A DNA stretch of 64,000 nucleotides from Octopus sinensis. Taxonomy: Eukaryota. Where the stretch lies: the NCBI RefSeq assembly GCF_006345805.1, contig NC_042998.1, positions 194,866,001 to 194,930,000 on the forward strand, in the 5' to 3' direction. Shown piece after piece: positions 33,880 through 46,960 of the stretch. How positions within the stretch are numbered: position 1 is the stretch's first letter; each line of letters starts with the position of its first letter. The notes under the pieces were generated by a model. The model was not told where the DNA came from. It was given only the letters and a program-made list of their open reading frames with translations, and searched no databases. Position numbers and translations under genes: made by a program.

Positions 33880-36500
33880 ATTAGATCTTCTTTTCACTGG
33901 GCACATGTGAAAGAGATTTTCTATCCAGACTAGAAAATCTCTTTCACATGTAGGACATGTATGGGAAGGTGCAGTGTGTAGGGCACTGATATTCTTTAGC
34001 AAAGTGAGTGCTTCTCAGACGCATTCTTTTGCTTTTAGAGGTTTAGGTACTGGTGTGAATCAGACTGCACCAGTTGTGTTGGCTTGGGACAAGCAACTCA
34101 CAGCAGTCTTTGAGAAATTGTTTTAGGCAGTTACTAAACTTCTTTTTGCTAACCAACAGTGATGTTTCCTATTTATTGCCCACAAGGGGCTACACACAGT
34201 GGACAGACAAAGGGATTAAGTCGATTACATCGACCCCAGTGTGTAACTGGTACTTAATTTATCGACCCTGAAAGGATGAAAGGTAAAGTCGACCTCTGCG
34301 GAATTTGAACTCAGAACGTAAAGACAAGCGAAATACCCCTAAGCATCTCGCCCGGCGTGCTAACGTTTCTGCCAGCTCGCCACCTTACCAACAGTGCTGT
34401 TTCTCTTATAGAATTCTTCTTAGAAGAGCATGCGATTGACATGCTCAAGCCATTTCACCTGAACTTTCTGCAAAAGAGACTTAAGATGTTGGCTTGCTGT
34501 GGTAATCCAGAGTCAAGTGTACTGACCTGCTAGTAGATGTGCTGATGTTTCTTATAGACTGTCTAGGACTCGTAGGTTTAGAAGATGTTGTGAGAACTGT
34601 ATGGTAGACTTTTACTTTGTTGGTACCGCTTTTGAGAGCGTGCTGGTGAATCACCTGACTACCTGTCGCTTTTGTCCATTCATAGTGGCCGTAGTTTCTT
34701 GGTACAGATTTCTAGAGGCAGGCTGGTGCATGACCTTCGGCCTTCTTTATGCTTATATGACCTCAAAATTGTCACAGATTGTTGTGAACTAGTTCATTTC
34801 CTAACTACGTCTCTTGCTCACTAACAAGGTTGAGAAGGAATTCATCAAGAACAACCTCTTGGAAATGGCTTAATGACAAGTGTTATACAACTTATCTATT
34901 TCTTTACTACCCACAAGGGGCTAAACACAGAGGGGACAAACAAGGACAGACAAAGGGATCAAGTTGATTACACTGACCCCAGTGCGTAACTGGTACTTAA
35001 TTTATCGACCCCGAAAGGATTAAAGGCAAAGTCTACCTCGGCGGAATTTGAACTCAGAACGTAACGGCAGACGAAATACGGCTACGCATTTCGCCCGGTG
35101 TGCTAACGTTTCTGCCAGCTCGCCAGTACCGGATGTGGGTGTCAGAAGTGCTACAATCGAAAGTATTGCTTAATATTACCGAAAACATAGTGGGGGGTAG
35201 CACACAGTCTTGTTTAATGCCATTCGTTACTGGAAAGGTGTCAGATGCTCCTCCACTATTCTCTACGCGGACCATCATGCTGTCGTAGAACTTTCAAACT
35301 ATAATACTAAATCTGCCAGTGCAAGAAAATTTCTTCGTCGTTCCTGCTGGCCATATTATCAGGTCGACGATGTAGAGATGTTATTGGCTGCGTAAAACAT
35401 TCCTTGATTCACACGGAAAATTCATTAACTTTCTGGGAGTAGGCTTTGTTTTAAGCGACCTGATAGACAATTGAGCAGGTTCACGGGTTAGGATCTTGTC
35501 GGCGATGGATATGGGGGACATTGCTCTGTGTTGTCCCATGAAAGTGATGTCAAACTCATGGTTCACTTCTATTTGTAGAATGCAGGCAATAAAGTTCGCA
35601 TTGACGGAATATGGCCAGTTGAGCACTGTATCAGTGTTCTGCCTCTCTCTCTCTCTCTCATCTCCTGTTTGTCTATGAACGTCTGTCAGTGCTGAGGAGT
35701 AGAGATGATTCAGAGGGCCGTATATAGTCTTGTGTAGTAGAATCGTCCAAGTCCCACTTATTTGCATAGCTTTGGATCTTACCTGCTGCCTTTACTTTGA
35801 GCAAAAAGACTGGAATTTTTCAGGCCCTCGAATTTACTGCTCGGGGAACTAAATAAAGGTTGTTTTTATTACTTAGATCTTTGATGGGATCAGAGATGTG
35901 GATTCTGCTTAGCAAGAAGAGTTTCGCTCTCCTTGACGTTCCTATCAAACCAGTCTTGGTTGTTGCAACTAGCTGGTCCGACAGACTCCAAAGGGAATAT
36001 GATGGCATCATTGAAAGAGGCCCATTATTATTCAATTCTACCTTATCTCTATGAGAGCCGAATCACTCTACTGCCTGTCTGTGAAGAAGTCCGGTATAAT
36101 TATTTGTTTTAGCTTGGAAGCATCGATTTTTCTTGACAGAGCTCCTCTGTTGCGCTGGATGTGCAGGCTCGTTTTCAACATGACAGTAGGTATCATAGAT
36201 GGCTACGTCAGACGCCCTACTGATCTCTTATCCTGACGATGACGTGGTGGAACAGATGACAATGGGACATAATATTTGTAGCGGAAGGACCACGAGCAAT
36301 ACGTTCTGAGAAGCAAAAGCTCATTGTTGTAGCTTTCAATGCCATGCTAACCTTAACTCTAACCCCCTGAGGTTTCATAGTCGGCCCCAATCCTTACACA
36401 TTGAAGTCACCAAGGAGGATAATTTTCTCCAAATTGTGGACACCAGTCTGGACCTTGCCAACTTTTTCCTAAAACTTTCCTTTTGCATCGCTTGGGGTTA
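33880..36500 (-). mobile_element. old decayed RTE (BovB-like) LINE interrupted by SINEs at ~34167-34384 and ~34896-35124
   Basis: minus-strand QDWFD (~35965), FPVTNGIKQDCVLPPTMFS (RT), and a C-terminal HTCPTCER zinc-finger remnant (~33950). Confidence 0.75.
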
Positions 36501-36601
36501 TCGATGTTGGACACCGATGAAGGCTGCACTATTTTGCAACTAGTGGGAGTTTTAGATGCATCAGGCAGTCATCAAGTTCTTCTGGTAGTAAATGTGGTGG
36601 C

Positions 36602-36632
<31 letters not shown>

Positions 36633-37734
36633 GTATGATAAAAGCCATCTTGGGTTATGTTATGTCAGGAGGAAGATTAGAAGAGTTCTTGGCAAGTGAC
36701 CAGAAAACTCCACCACTATGTGTCAGGCGATATCAATCTAGAAGGGTACCATTAAGGGTCGTGAAGGAATCCGGTAAGTGCTAGAGATAACAGGTACACA
36801 ACATTCTTCATCTCTGCTGGTTAATTATTTCGAGAGTGAACAAGCGAGGGAGCTTTTGCATTGTCACACGACCTACTAGAAATAACAGCCAAATCTCTCT
36901 CAAAACACACCTTAGTGTCTTAGAAAGGATACATTGAATAACATGAATTAGGACCAAGTCATGCTGGAAAATGAAGGCATGACAGATGACACGGGGCTAT
37001 CAATAGAAACAGTAACAATCGCGACGGCCACTTGGAAACTGTGATATTTGGGGATTGTGGGTTTGCAGAAGAACATAGTTGTGTAGGATGGGGTGGCAGA
37101 CATGAAGAGCACTAGAGGACTAGTGGAGTTCCATTCAACATAGTTTAGTTGAAGTACCAGGAAATAGAAAGGTGTATGGAGTAGATTGTCTTGATGAAGC
37201 ATTGACCAGATGATCCGATGAAGAAGAGTAAAGGACGAAGCTGAAGTCAAGGCCCAGTTCAGAGGTGAGAAAGGAGTAAAGAGTGTCGGTGTGTTGAACT
37301 GGGTTATGTGTAAGTGAGGATATGAACTGGCCAAGACAAATAATAATAATAAATTCCGAGAGGCATAATGAATTGTTTCGGTTCAAGTACATGACTGCCA
37401 TTTATTATTGACCCAAGAAACACCGAAGACAAAGTCGAACTTGGAGGGATTTGAACTCATAACGTAAAGAGACGTACTAAATATTACACTGTAAACACTC
37501 TACTGATTCTGCAAACAGTTCAGACTAGAATATTTCAGAGTCATTACCTAAACAAATGTACTACATGCAGCATCACCAGCTAAGAATAGACCACATACCG
37601 ACTTGTTTACAATTCAAAATTGCGCTAAGTTTGTGTATTTGTGTGGTGATGAAGAGTACTGTATTGTGTGTGTACGTACATATTATATGGAGACTGTATG
37701 TTTAAAGCAGGTATTGCATAGTGCTCTTTTACCT

Positions 37735-38128
37735 TTTTTTTTCTTTTACTTGTTTCAGTCATTTGACTGTGGCCATGCTGGAGCACCGCCTTTAGTCGAG
37801 CACATCGACCCCAGGACTTATTCTTTGTAAGCCTAGTACTTATTCTATCAGTCTCTTTTGCCGAACCGCTAAGTTACGGGGATGTAAACACACCAACATC
37901 GGTTATCAAGCGATGTTGGGGGGACAAACACAGACACTAACACATACACACATACATATATATATACATATATACGACGGGCTTCTTTCAGTTTCCGCCT
38001 ACCAAATCCACTCACAAGGCTTTGGTCGGCCCAAAGCTATAGTAGAAGACACTTGCCCAAGGTTCCACACAGTGGGACTGAACCCGGAACCATGTGGTTG
38101 GTGAGCAAGCTATTTACTATACAGCCAC
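37735..38128 (-). mobile_element. SINE family 3 with an internal microsatellite
   Basis: tRNA-like head (gggactgaacccggaacc on +); matches 63447-64000. Confidence 0.85.
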
Positions 38129-39487
38129 ATTTGTTTGTATACATGTGAAGTGTGCATGTATGTGTATATATGTTTCTTTATTATCCACAAGGGGCTAAAC
38201 ACAGAGGGGACAAACGGATTAAGTCGATTACATCGACTATATAGTGTGTAACTGGTACTTAATTTATCGACCCCGAAAGGATGAAAGGCAAAGTCAACCT
38301 CGGCGGAATGATGTATGTGTATATAATATGCATAATGCTAGCCATTCATTGCATGTTTGTGTGTGTGTGTGTGTGTGTGCAGTGAATATAGTGTGTAAAA
38401 TGTGTGAGTTGCGCATGATATGTGAATTTTGGCATGTTTGTAGGGGAATGAATAACTGTGTAGATACATGTAGTCTATCAAGTGTGTAAACAACTCAGCA
38501 TGAGCTTAATACAATAGTAAACAGTAAGTTTTCAAATAAACATTCCCCTTTTCCTTTTTTCTCATGTCACACAATTCTCTCTCCGCTCCACCTCTCTCCT
38601 TCTCTCCCTCACATCCCAAACACTTGTTCCTCTATCTTCCACTTTCTCATGCTCCCGACGATGTCTCTCGCTCTCGCATTCCCTGCGATCTCAAGTACTA
38701 TCCCCTCATCACCCTCATAACCCACAAACTTTCCCCCAACCCTCCTCTACTCCATATCCCAGACAGGGTCCTTATCCCTCTCCCTTATCTCCCAGACAAT
38801 CGCCCCCTTTTCTATCTCGTGTTTAAACACCCGCCCCTATCAGAGAAACCCCAGTTTTGTTGACTGTTGACAGGGACCAGAGTTTAATGACCTAAGCTGT
38901 AATTGTATGTATGCATGCATACATGCATGTATGTATGTTTGTCGTTATGTGCTTAAGTGTTGTCTTTTTTTTTAAATTCTGTGAATTCTCTTCTGAAAAA
39001 AAAAAAAAAGAGGGGGCTGTTTTTGAATAACAAACAAACCTTCACAAATGGAACTTAAGCAGTAACATTTTTCCACTTACAGATGCAATTTTAGGGTACA
39101 TATCAGCAAGTCACTTTGTCGACCTAAACCCCACTTAGTAAATGCAACCAAGAGAAAAATATGTATGTATGGCTGAATTGTTAAGAAGTTTCTTTTGTAA
39201 CCATGATTTCCTAGGTTCAATCCCACTGCGCGACATCGTGGTCAAATGTCATGTTTCCTTACAGTCTTGGTTGACCCATACATTCTAAGTGAAACTTGCA
39301 AGGGAGAAACTGTGTAGAAATCCGTCGGATTGATTGTATCTGTAATTCAAAGCTTTGGTTTTTTGAATATCAAACTCATTCTCCCTGGAACTGCTCACGC
39401 TAACTCAATGAGCTGGTAATTCAAATGATCGAACAAATGAGTCTTCATCATACTGCAAAATTTTTGATTCAACACTATATGTTTATA

Positions 39488-39773
39488 TATCACGTGATCA
39501 CGTGATCGACCAGACAATCATATGTTGTTACACATCGCTGGTCACAATGCGTTCGCATTGTTTTAGCCTTCGAATGACGCCACCCCGCTGGCTAAGCAAG
39601 CAGGCCAACAGGAGAAAGAGTACAGCAGGGATCACCTCCCCCCTGCCGGAGCCTCGTAGAGCTTTTAGGTGTTTTCGCTCAATAAACACTCACAACGCCC
39701 GGTCTGGGAATCGAAACCGCGATCCTGCGACCGCGAGTCCGCTGCCCTAACCATTAGGCCATTGCACCTCCAC
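39488..39773 (-). mobile_element. tRNA(Arg)-head SINE with a different 3' body from family 2
   Basis: same ~140-bp head as 3546 and 12339, then an unrelated tail ending gatcacgtgatcacgtgat. Confidence 0.82.
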
Positions 39774-40719
39774 ATGTTTGTATATAGATATATGAATGCA
39801 TGCGTGCATGTATGTACACATCCTGTATGTATCTATATACTTATCTCATCTAAATTATTAAAAAAACAAGACGTTAAAAAAATAAAATGTCTAATATACA
39901 GAGAAATCTTAAAGCTTAGAGCCTTTCACTTGCACAATGGATGGCACAATATAAATATAGTGTGTCATAGTAAATGTATGCACACCGTTTGAAGACAAAG
40001 GCATAATGCTGTAGAAATGTCTGAGATAAAATTCTTTTCATAGATATTAATTTGAAAAAAACGTTAAGTTGAAAAAAATACGAATAGCAACGACAGTACC
40101 GACAATACTATTCCATCTTTTATAAACGTTGTGGCTCAAAACAAGCAATTGATTTTCATCATCCCCCAAAACAGGTGAAGAAATAGTCGACGTATGTGAC
40201 AAAGACAAGTACTTCCTTACTTGACGAATTCATCTAGAAAAGAGCGAGGAATTGAGGAGGGATATTCCCATTTTTCAAAAGATAGAGGAATCTTCTATGT
40301 GTCTTCAACAGAGGAGTTAGAAGGAGTCCTGGTCGATGCGAAGCAGGATGCGTGCTCCATCAATCGGGACAAGACATTTAGAAATATATCTGGGTTTTTA
40401 AAAATCGAGAACCAGGCGATGAGATAGGTAGAGTTAATGTGCCATACAGCTACCCACGGACTGGTTCCTTAGTACATGGTTCTCAGCAAGCAATATTGGA
40501 TCAGACGTTGACACTTGGCTTATCTCAAACAGAGGTGTCTTCACATATGCCTTAAGCTTTACCGAGTACTCTTATAGTCATAGAGGATCATCAAATATCC
40601 CTACAGACACCAATTGATCACATATTGTTGGGGTTCGCCACATGCCAGTACAGTTGTGTGAATAATAATAATCCTCATTGACACCGTGAAAGATCAGGTA
40701 GTCGATTCCATTTTAAAGG

Positions 40720-40834
40720 ATTGTTGTTGTTGTTGTTGTTGTTGCTGTTGCTGCTGCTGCTGCTGCTGCTGTTGTTGTTGTTGTTGTCGTCGTCGTCGTC
40801 GTCGTCGTTGTTGTCGTTGTTGTCGTTGTTGTCG

Positions 40835-40886
<52 letters not shown>

Positions 40887-40914
40887 GTTGTTGTTGTTGT
40901 TGTTGTTGTTGTTG

Positions 40915-40946
<32 letters not shown>

Positions 40947-40977
40947 TTGTTGTTGTTGTTGTTGCTGTTGTTGCTGC

Positions 40978-41037
<60 letters not shown>

Positions 41038-41075
41038 CGTTGTCGTCGTTGTCGTTGTTGTTGTTGTTGTTGTTG

Positions 41076-41124
<49 letters not shown>

Positions 41125-41130
41125 GAGGAG
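40720..41130. repeat. compound trinucleotide microsatellite (TTG/CTG/TCG)
   Basis: direct reading; mirror copy at ~60620-60780 is much shorter. Confidence 0.97.
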
Positions 41131-41555
41131 GAGTGAGAGAGCAGTGCATGCCATCAAAGTGACACTGGTGTAATATATATACGAAGCCCAGTATACCCAT
41201 CATGACTACCCGTCTGATAAGGGTACACCAGGCACATACATCGCAACCACATGTGCGCGACATGGTGATCTCATATCAAGATAAACAGCACATGACCTTG
41301 CAGGTGGGGGCCCATCCTACTCAAAAGGTCCCTGAATAAGGATTGTTTAAGGATGTTGAACGAACTACCCATGTTTCCAAAGGTGAATTATCCAAACCTC
41401 TAAGAATTCCTTTTAACACACGGCTATGATGCTCCCCCACGACTTCTGTTCGTGATCAGAGATGCACATATCGTCAGTCACTAAGGAACATGGTCAACTG
41501 GTTAAAGTCAAACAATTGATAATTGGTATTGAGCAGAATATTTGCTGTAGCCCTT
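41131..41555 (-). mobile_element. ~480-bp microsatellite-associated retroposon (5'-truncated); second copy on + at 42533-43001
   Basis: shared sequence ...gggtagtcatgatgggtatactgggcttcgtat...cactttgatggca.gcactgct. Confidence 0.75.
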
Positions 41556-41570
41556 TTATTTATTTATTTA

Positions 41571-41597
<27 letters not shown>

Positions 41598-41602
<5 letters not shown>

Positions 41603-41690
41603 TCACTACCTGGAATCGAACTCGGAATCGAACTCGGAATCTTGGGGTTAGTAGCCCGCGCTCTTAACCACTATGCCATATGCCTGTGGG

Positions 41691-41691
<1 letters not shown>
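41598..41691 (-). mobile_element. short tRNA-like SINE in a (TAA)n tract (mirror 60065-60158, +)
   Basis: A-box tggcatagtggtt and tandem-duplicated B-box gagttcgattcc. Confidence 0.72.
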
Positions 41692-41740
<49 letters not shown>

Positions 41741-42100
41741 AGGTGAGCTGGCAGAAAGGTTAGCATGCCGGGTGAAATGCTTAGCGGTTTTTCGTCTGCC
41801 GTTACGTTCTGAGTTCAAATTCTGCCAAGGTCGACTTTGCCTTTCATCCTTTCGGGGTCGATAAATTAAGTACCAGTTACGCACTGGGATCGATAATAAT
41901 CGACTTAATCCGTTTGTCTGTCCCTGTTTGTCCTTTCTGTGTTTAGCCCTTGTGGGTAGTAAAGAAATAGGTATTTCGTTTGTCTTTACGTTCTGAGTTC
42001 AAATTCCGCCGAGGTCGACCTTGCCTTTCATCCTTTCAGGGTCGATGTAACCGACTAGCCCCTTTATTCAAAAAATTTTCAAGGCCTTCATCCTAGAGTG
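41741..42100 (+). mobile_element. SINE family 1, composite/tandem copy
   Basis: family 1 head and core followed by a second partial core. Confidence 0.8.
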
Positions 42101-43001
42101 ATGATGATGATGGTAATAATAATAATAACAATAATAATAATGCCCTGATGCAGTACCAGACAGTGGCTTTCATGGCTTCCCATCTTAACCGATTGGAAGT
42201 GTTATCATGTACATTGTTTTGTTGTTGGGGACTACAAAACATTTGATGACTTGCTGTAACGTATTCCTCACTACTACTACTACTACTACTAATCTTTTTC
42301 TACTATAGGCACAAGGCCTGAAATTTTGGGAAGGAGGACTAGTCGATTACATCGACCTCAGGGTTTCACTGATCCTTATTTTATTGACTCCGAAAGGATG
42401 AAAGGCAAAGTCGACCTTGGCAGAATTTGAACTCAGAACTCAGAATGTAGCGACTACAGAACGTTTGATAACTTGCTGTAACATTTCTCAGTAATAATAA
42501 TAATAATAATAATAATATTAATAATAATAAATACCCTGGTGCAGTACCAGGTGGCTTCTGATCTTAACTGATTGGAAGTGTTATCATGTACATTCTTTTG
42601 TCTTGGTATAAAAGATGGACTACAGCAAATATTCTGCTCAATACCACAGATTTGCTCGTCAGTTGTTTGACCTTAACCAGTTGAGCATGTCCCTTAGTGG
42701 CTGACGATATGTGCATCTCTGATCACGAGCAGAAGTAGTGGGGGAGCATCATAGCCATGTGTTGAAGCAACCCTTATTCAGGGACCTTTTGAGCAGGATG
42801 GGTTACTCGACCAGAAGAAAATTCTAACTGGGCCTCACCTGCAAGGTCATGCGCTGTTTATCTTGATATGAGATCCCCCATGTTGCGCACATATGGTTGT
42901 GATGCATATGCCTGGTGTACCCTTATCAGACGGGTAGTCATGATGGGTATACTGGGCTTCGTATACTTGTTGCCCAGTGTCACTTTGATGGCACGCACTG
43001 C

Positions 43002-43530
43002 TAGACCGACAAGACTATAAAAGCTAATAAACCGGATATTATTATAAAAGATCAGACAAAAAAGATGTGTTTATTAACTGACATGAGTATCCCTTGCGAT
43101 CACAATATAGTGGCGAAAGAATTTGACAAGATTAGTAAATATAAAGACCTGCTAATAGAAATTGATAAAATGTGGCATCTCAAGGCGACTACAGTACCAG
43201 TGATTGTAGGATCTCTAGGAATGATAAAAAAAGGTACTGAAACCTATTTGAAAATGATTCCAGGCTTACCATCCCTACAGGAAGTGCAAAAATCATATTA
43301 ACTGGAATGGCTCATGTACTGAGAAGAGCATTATCGCTGTGAAAACAACATCCATCCATGAATTTATTTATTTATTAATTTTTAAATACATATTTTATCT
43401 GTGAATTTGCGTGTGTAATCTGGGAATGCATACAATGAGCTTCTCTGCCCTAGGTGTATGGAAAACACCCGGCGAGAAATGGAAGAAAATTTGAAGAAGG
43501 AAGGAAAAAACATAATAATAATAATAATAA
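43002..43530 (+). mobile_element. R4/Dong-like non-LTR retrotransposon 3' fragment (restriction-like endonuclease), (TAA)n tail; mirror 58212-58740 (-)
   Basis: NKPDIIIKD...TDMSIPCD.N...KE.DK..KY.DL..EI..MW...VPVIVGSLG; frameshift near 43290. Confidence 0.88.
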
Positions 43531-44242
43531 TAGCAATAATAATTAGCAATAGTAATAGTAGTAATTGTTGGTGTAGTGTAGTAATAGTGGTAGCTGTAAT
43601 TGTTACTGTAGTAGAAATAGTAATTGTAGTCACGTAGTATTGATGATAAGTGTTATGGGTGGCAATATTACCATTTGTAGCGGAGGTAGTAATAATAATA
43701 ATATACTACTACTACCTCACACACACACACACCACCACCACCACCACCACCACCACCACCACCACCACCACTAATACTACTACTACTACTACTACTACTT
43801 GGTGGTGTCAATAACTGTGGTTGTAGGAGTGTCATTCTAATGCCACCCATGCAGTGAAGCCGAGCTCTCAGCCACATCTCACTCATCTGATTCCTCCTCT
43901 GTTCTAAGAATAGCTTTCATGGCTAAAAGAATGCAATGTTGTCGACATTGTTGACTACGAAGTAAACAAACGTACACACACGTGCACACACACACACACA
44001 CAACACATGAGTGATAGACACATTCTCTTATGAATGTGCGTATATATTGTGTGCGCGTGCTTGTGTGTGTGTGTATGTCTGTTAAACAAAACAATGAGTT
44101 AATAAATCGGAGTGACAAGTCACATGTATATGAACAATATAGACAAATACAGGTATGTCAAATACCATACAACATAAATTCTTGATTCACTGGAATTATC
44201 TCCGTCTCCAGAAAATGTGTTACACCTGCCAAATGGTAATTG

Positions 44243-44466
44243 AGGCGGCGAGCTGGCAGAATTGTTAGCACGCCGGGCGAAATACGTAGCCGTATTTCGT
44301 CTGCCGTTACGTTCTGAGTTCAAATTCCGCCGAGGTCGACTTTGCCTTTCATCCTTTCGGGGTCGATAAATTAAGTACCAGTTACGCACTGGGGTCGATG
44401 AAATCCGTTTGTCTGTCCTTGTTTGTCCTCTCTGTGTTTAGCCCCTTGTGGGTAGTAAAGAAATAG
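44243..44466 (+). mobile_element. SINE family 1 (mirror ~57297-57520, -)
   Basis: TSD ggtaattga. Confidence 0.9.
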
Positions 44467-44570
44467 GTAATTGACAATAGTGCCATAAGAAAAGGGAAGG
44501 TAACCTCAATTATTCACCAAAGGTGACATGCCATTAAAGGAAATGGCAGACTTTTTGTCTGACGATAAAA

Positions 44571-44628
44571 GGACAAACGTAGACACTTGTTTCTACCTGA
44601 ACAGGCATCATCAGTACGGCAATTGTCC
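44571..44628 (-). ncRNA. minimal type I hammerhead ribozyme (family B, left-arm copy)
   Basis: exact reverse complement of 57135-57192. Confidence 0.78.
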
Positions 44629-45371
44629 CAACCTGTCTCATGTAGTCAAGGAACGTAGAAATATACAAAAGAAGTAGAATATATTTATGATCTAGGTGAT
44701 TGGCACAAGTTAAGCAAAAATGAGAAATAATAAGAGAAATAAGAGAAATAAGAATGGTGAATGATGAGTGGTATGTAAATGAACAACATGGACAAATACA
44801 TGTATATCAAATACGATATAACAAATTCTTAATTTAGTAAAATTTTCTCCACCGCTAGTGTATGTGTCACGGGTACCAAAAGACAATTAAGAACAGCTCC
44901 ATATGAGAAGGGGAGATAACACCAAGAATAAAGAATTCTCCAAAGTCCATGCAACATTTAGGAAAAAGACATTCTTATTGCTTTGAGGAAAGAGGACAAA
45001 CGTGGACATGATATGTAGCCACACACATATTTTCAATTACGCATATAAACACATATACATACACACACGCATACATAACATATACACGCACATATATGTT
45101 TTACTGTACAGCAGAATTACTCTACAGGTTTTAGCCGATAATGCATATGTAAATTAAAGCTGTCAGTCTTACGATATCACCATGGATAGAAAAAGAGGGG
45201 TCACCAGAACCCCTTTCAGTCTTTATTGTTACTGATTGTCCTTGACGATATTGTAAATAATGAAATTCGACAAAAAGGCAATTAAGTGCTGGCTGAAACC
45301 TGTGAGTTACTCTATTGAACCTCAACTCTGTTGGCCTCAATATTGAAAACTGCTAACACATAAGATGTTGC

Positions 45372-45700
45372 CGTGTTGTTAAGAAGCTTTCTTCCCAACC
45401 ATGTGGTCCTGGGTTTAGTCCCACTGCAGGGCACATTGGATCATCTTCTACTATAGTCGTGCCGAGCAAAGCATTCTGAGTGGATTCGGTATGTATGTAT
45501 ACGTGCTTGTGTTTGAGTTGTATTTGGCCCCACATCATTGCATGACAACCGGTGTTGATTAGTTTTGTGTCCTCGTACATAAGCGGTTCGGCAAAAGAAA
45601 CCAATAGAAGAGTCAGTATCATACTTGAAAAAATGTCCTAGGGTCAGTTTATTCAAGTAAACTCTTCAATGCAGTGTCATAGCATGGATACAGTCCAAAG
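45372..45700 (+). mobile_element. diverged SINE family 3 (mirror ~56040-56392)
   Basis: tRNA-like head and gcggttcggcaaaaga module. Confidence 0.7.
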
Positions 45701-45779
45701 CAAATGGAAGATACTACACCTGTCTCTCTAGTTAACTACTTATTCCATTTAAACAGAATAAAAGGAGACACGTGGGATA

Positions 45780-46798
45780 GAGAATCATTGAAGAGGTCAC
45801 AGGATGTGTGGCGAAAGAATTTTGATAAAGAAACTAAAATAATAATAAAAATAAAGTAGAAATGAAAACCAAGTATATAGTGCATGTGTTTAATTAGCAA
45901 AATATGACCATCCCCGAATACAACAAGAAAGCTCCACCGAGTACGGCATAAAGGGATGGATTCTAGAGAAATATAAAGCATACTTCAATAGTAGCAGGAA
46001 GTGAAGATTATGTCTGGCTAACAAAAGAGCGATATTAAAGAGTTCTCAGGTCCCAGGCGTCTACCTGAACAGCAGAAGGGGAAAATTATAATCCATGCCT
46101 ACATGGAAGGAAGTACCTCATCATGACAATAATTCCCAATTCCCTAGATTCAGCCCTCTCTCCACTAATACCTGAGAATCCGGCAAAATGTTTGACCAGA
46201 ACATGCACCAACGCACTCACAAACACACATGCCTTAACACGGCAGACATCCACCCTATTCCAGACCCTTTTCCACACCCTGCCAATACAAGCTCCTACAT
46301 ATGTTGTACCTCTACACACATTCCATTCATACATAAATGCCCCAAAGAATTCAACCAAAAGTTTCAACCAAAACATTAAAGGAAAAACAACACACTAACG
46401 AAGACAGGTGTGTATGCAGCCTCTGGGCACCACCCCTCCCTGAAAACGCTACACACATTCCACTTCTACAAGAACACCAATCCTAAAACATGCATACACT
46501 TCCCATACACTCTTTTTCAGAAAGCTCTTGTCCCCTCACAACACCCCCAGAAATGATGTTTTGGTTCCAAGTCTCATAAGTCTTAACTTAACACTTTGTT
46601 CGGTTCGCTTCATCGTCTTTTCACAGCAACTGCAAACCAGATGTGTCTGTTCATCTCCGACAATAAAGAGCAGTCCCCATAGTTCATTCCATAACTGCCA
46701 TCTCTGAAGAGCGCAGGCTTACATAATAGAGCTATTACCTATCAGTGCGAAACTGATTTGTAAGATCGGCCGTAATGGATATATAATGCTGTACACTC

Positions 46799-46800
<2 letters not shown>
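45780..46800 (+). mobile_element. Penelope-like element 3' portion (decayed GIY-YIG C-terminus, 3' UTR, hammerhead); mirror ~54935-55960 (-)
   Basis: WILEKYKAYFNSSRK*RLCL..KRAILK....YLNSR...PCLHGRKY resembles the PLE endonuclease tail; ends at a (TA)n tract. Confidence 0.72.
46688..46779 (+). ncRNA. type I hammerhead ribozyme (family A)
   Basis: CTGAAGA 46704-46710; stem II gcgc/gtgc; GAAA 46749-46752; 2-bp stem III; GUA cleavage triplet (after 46762); long imperfect stem I tccataactgccatct / agatcggccgtaatgga. Confidence 0.78.
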
Positions 46801-46878
<78 letters not shown>

Positions 46879-46901
46879 TATATATACATATATATATATA
46901 C

Positions 46902-46955
<54 letters not shown>

Positions 46956-46960
46956 ACACA
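46801..46960. repeat. (TA)n microsatellite
   Basis: direct reading; mirror at ~54780-54934. Confidence 0.95.

Noticed and set aside
40080-40680. Coding-like stretch with a 68-aa ORF in both arms
   Set aside because: Stops in all frames, no recognisable motif or convincing splice sites; probably a decayed TE
40675-41263. Long polyQ/N/C/L/V ORFs, also the I/Y-rich ORFs at 46719-47111, 54623-55016 and 62493-63932
   Set aside because: Translations of microsatellites; open in several frames and of different length in the two arms
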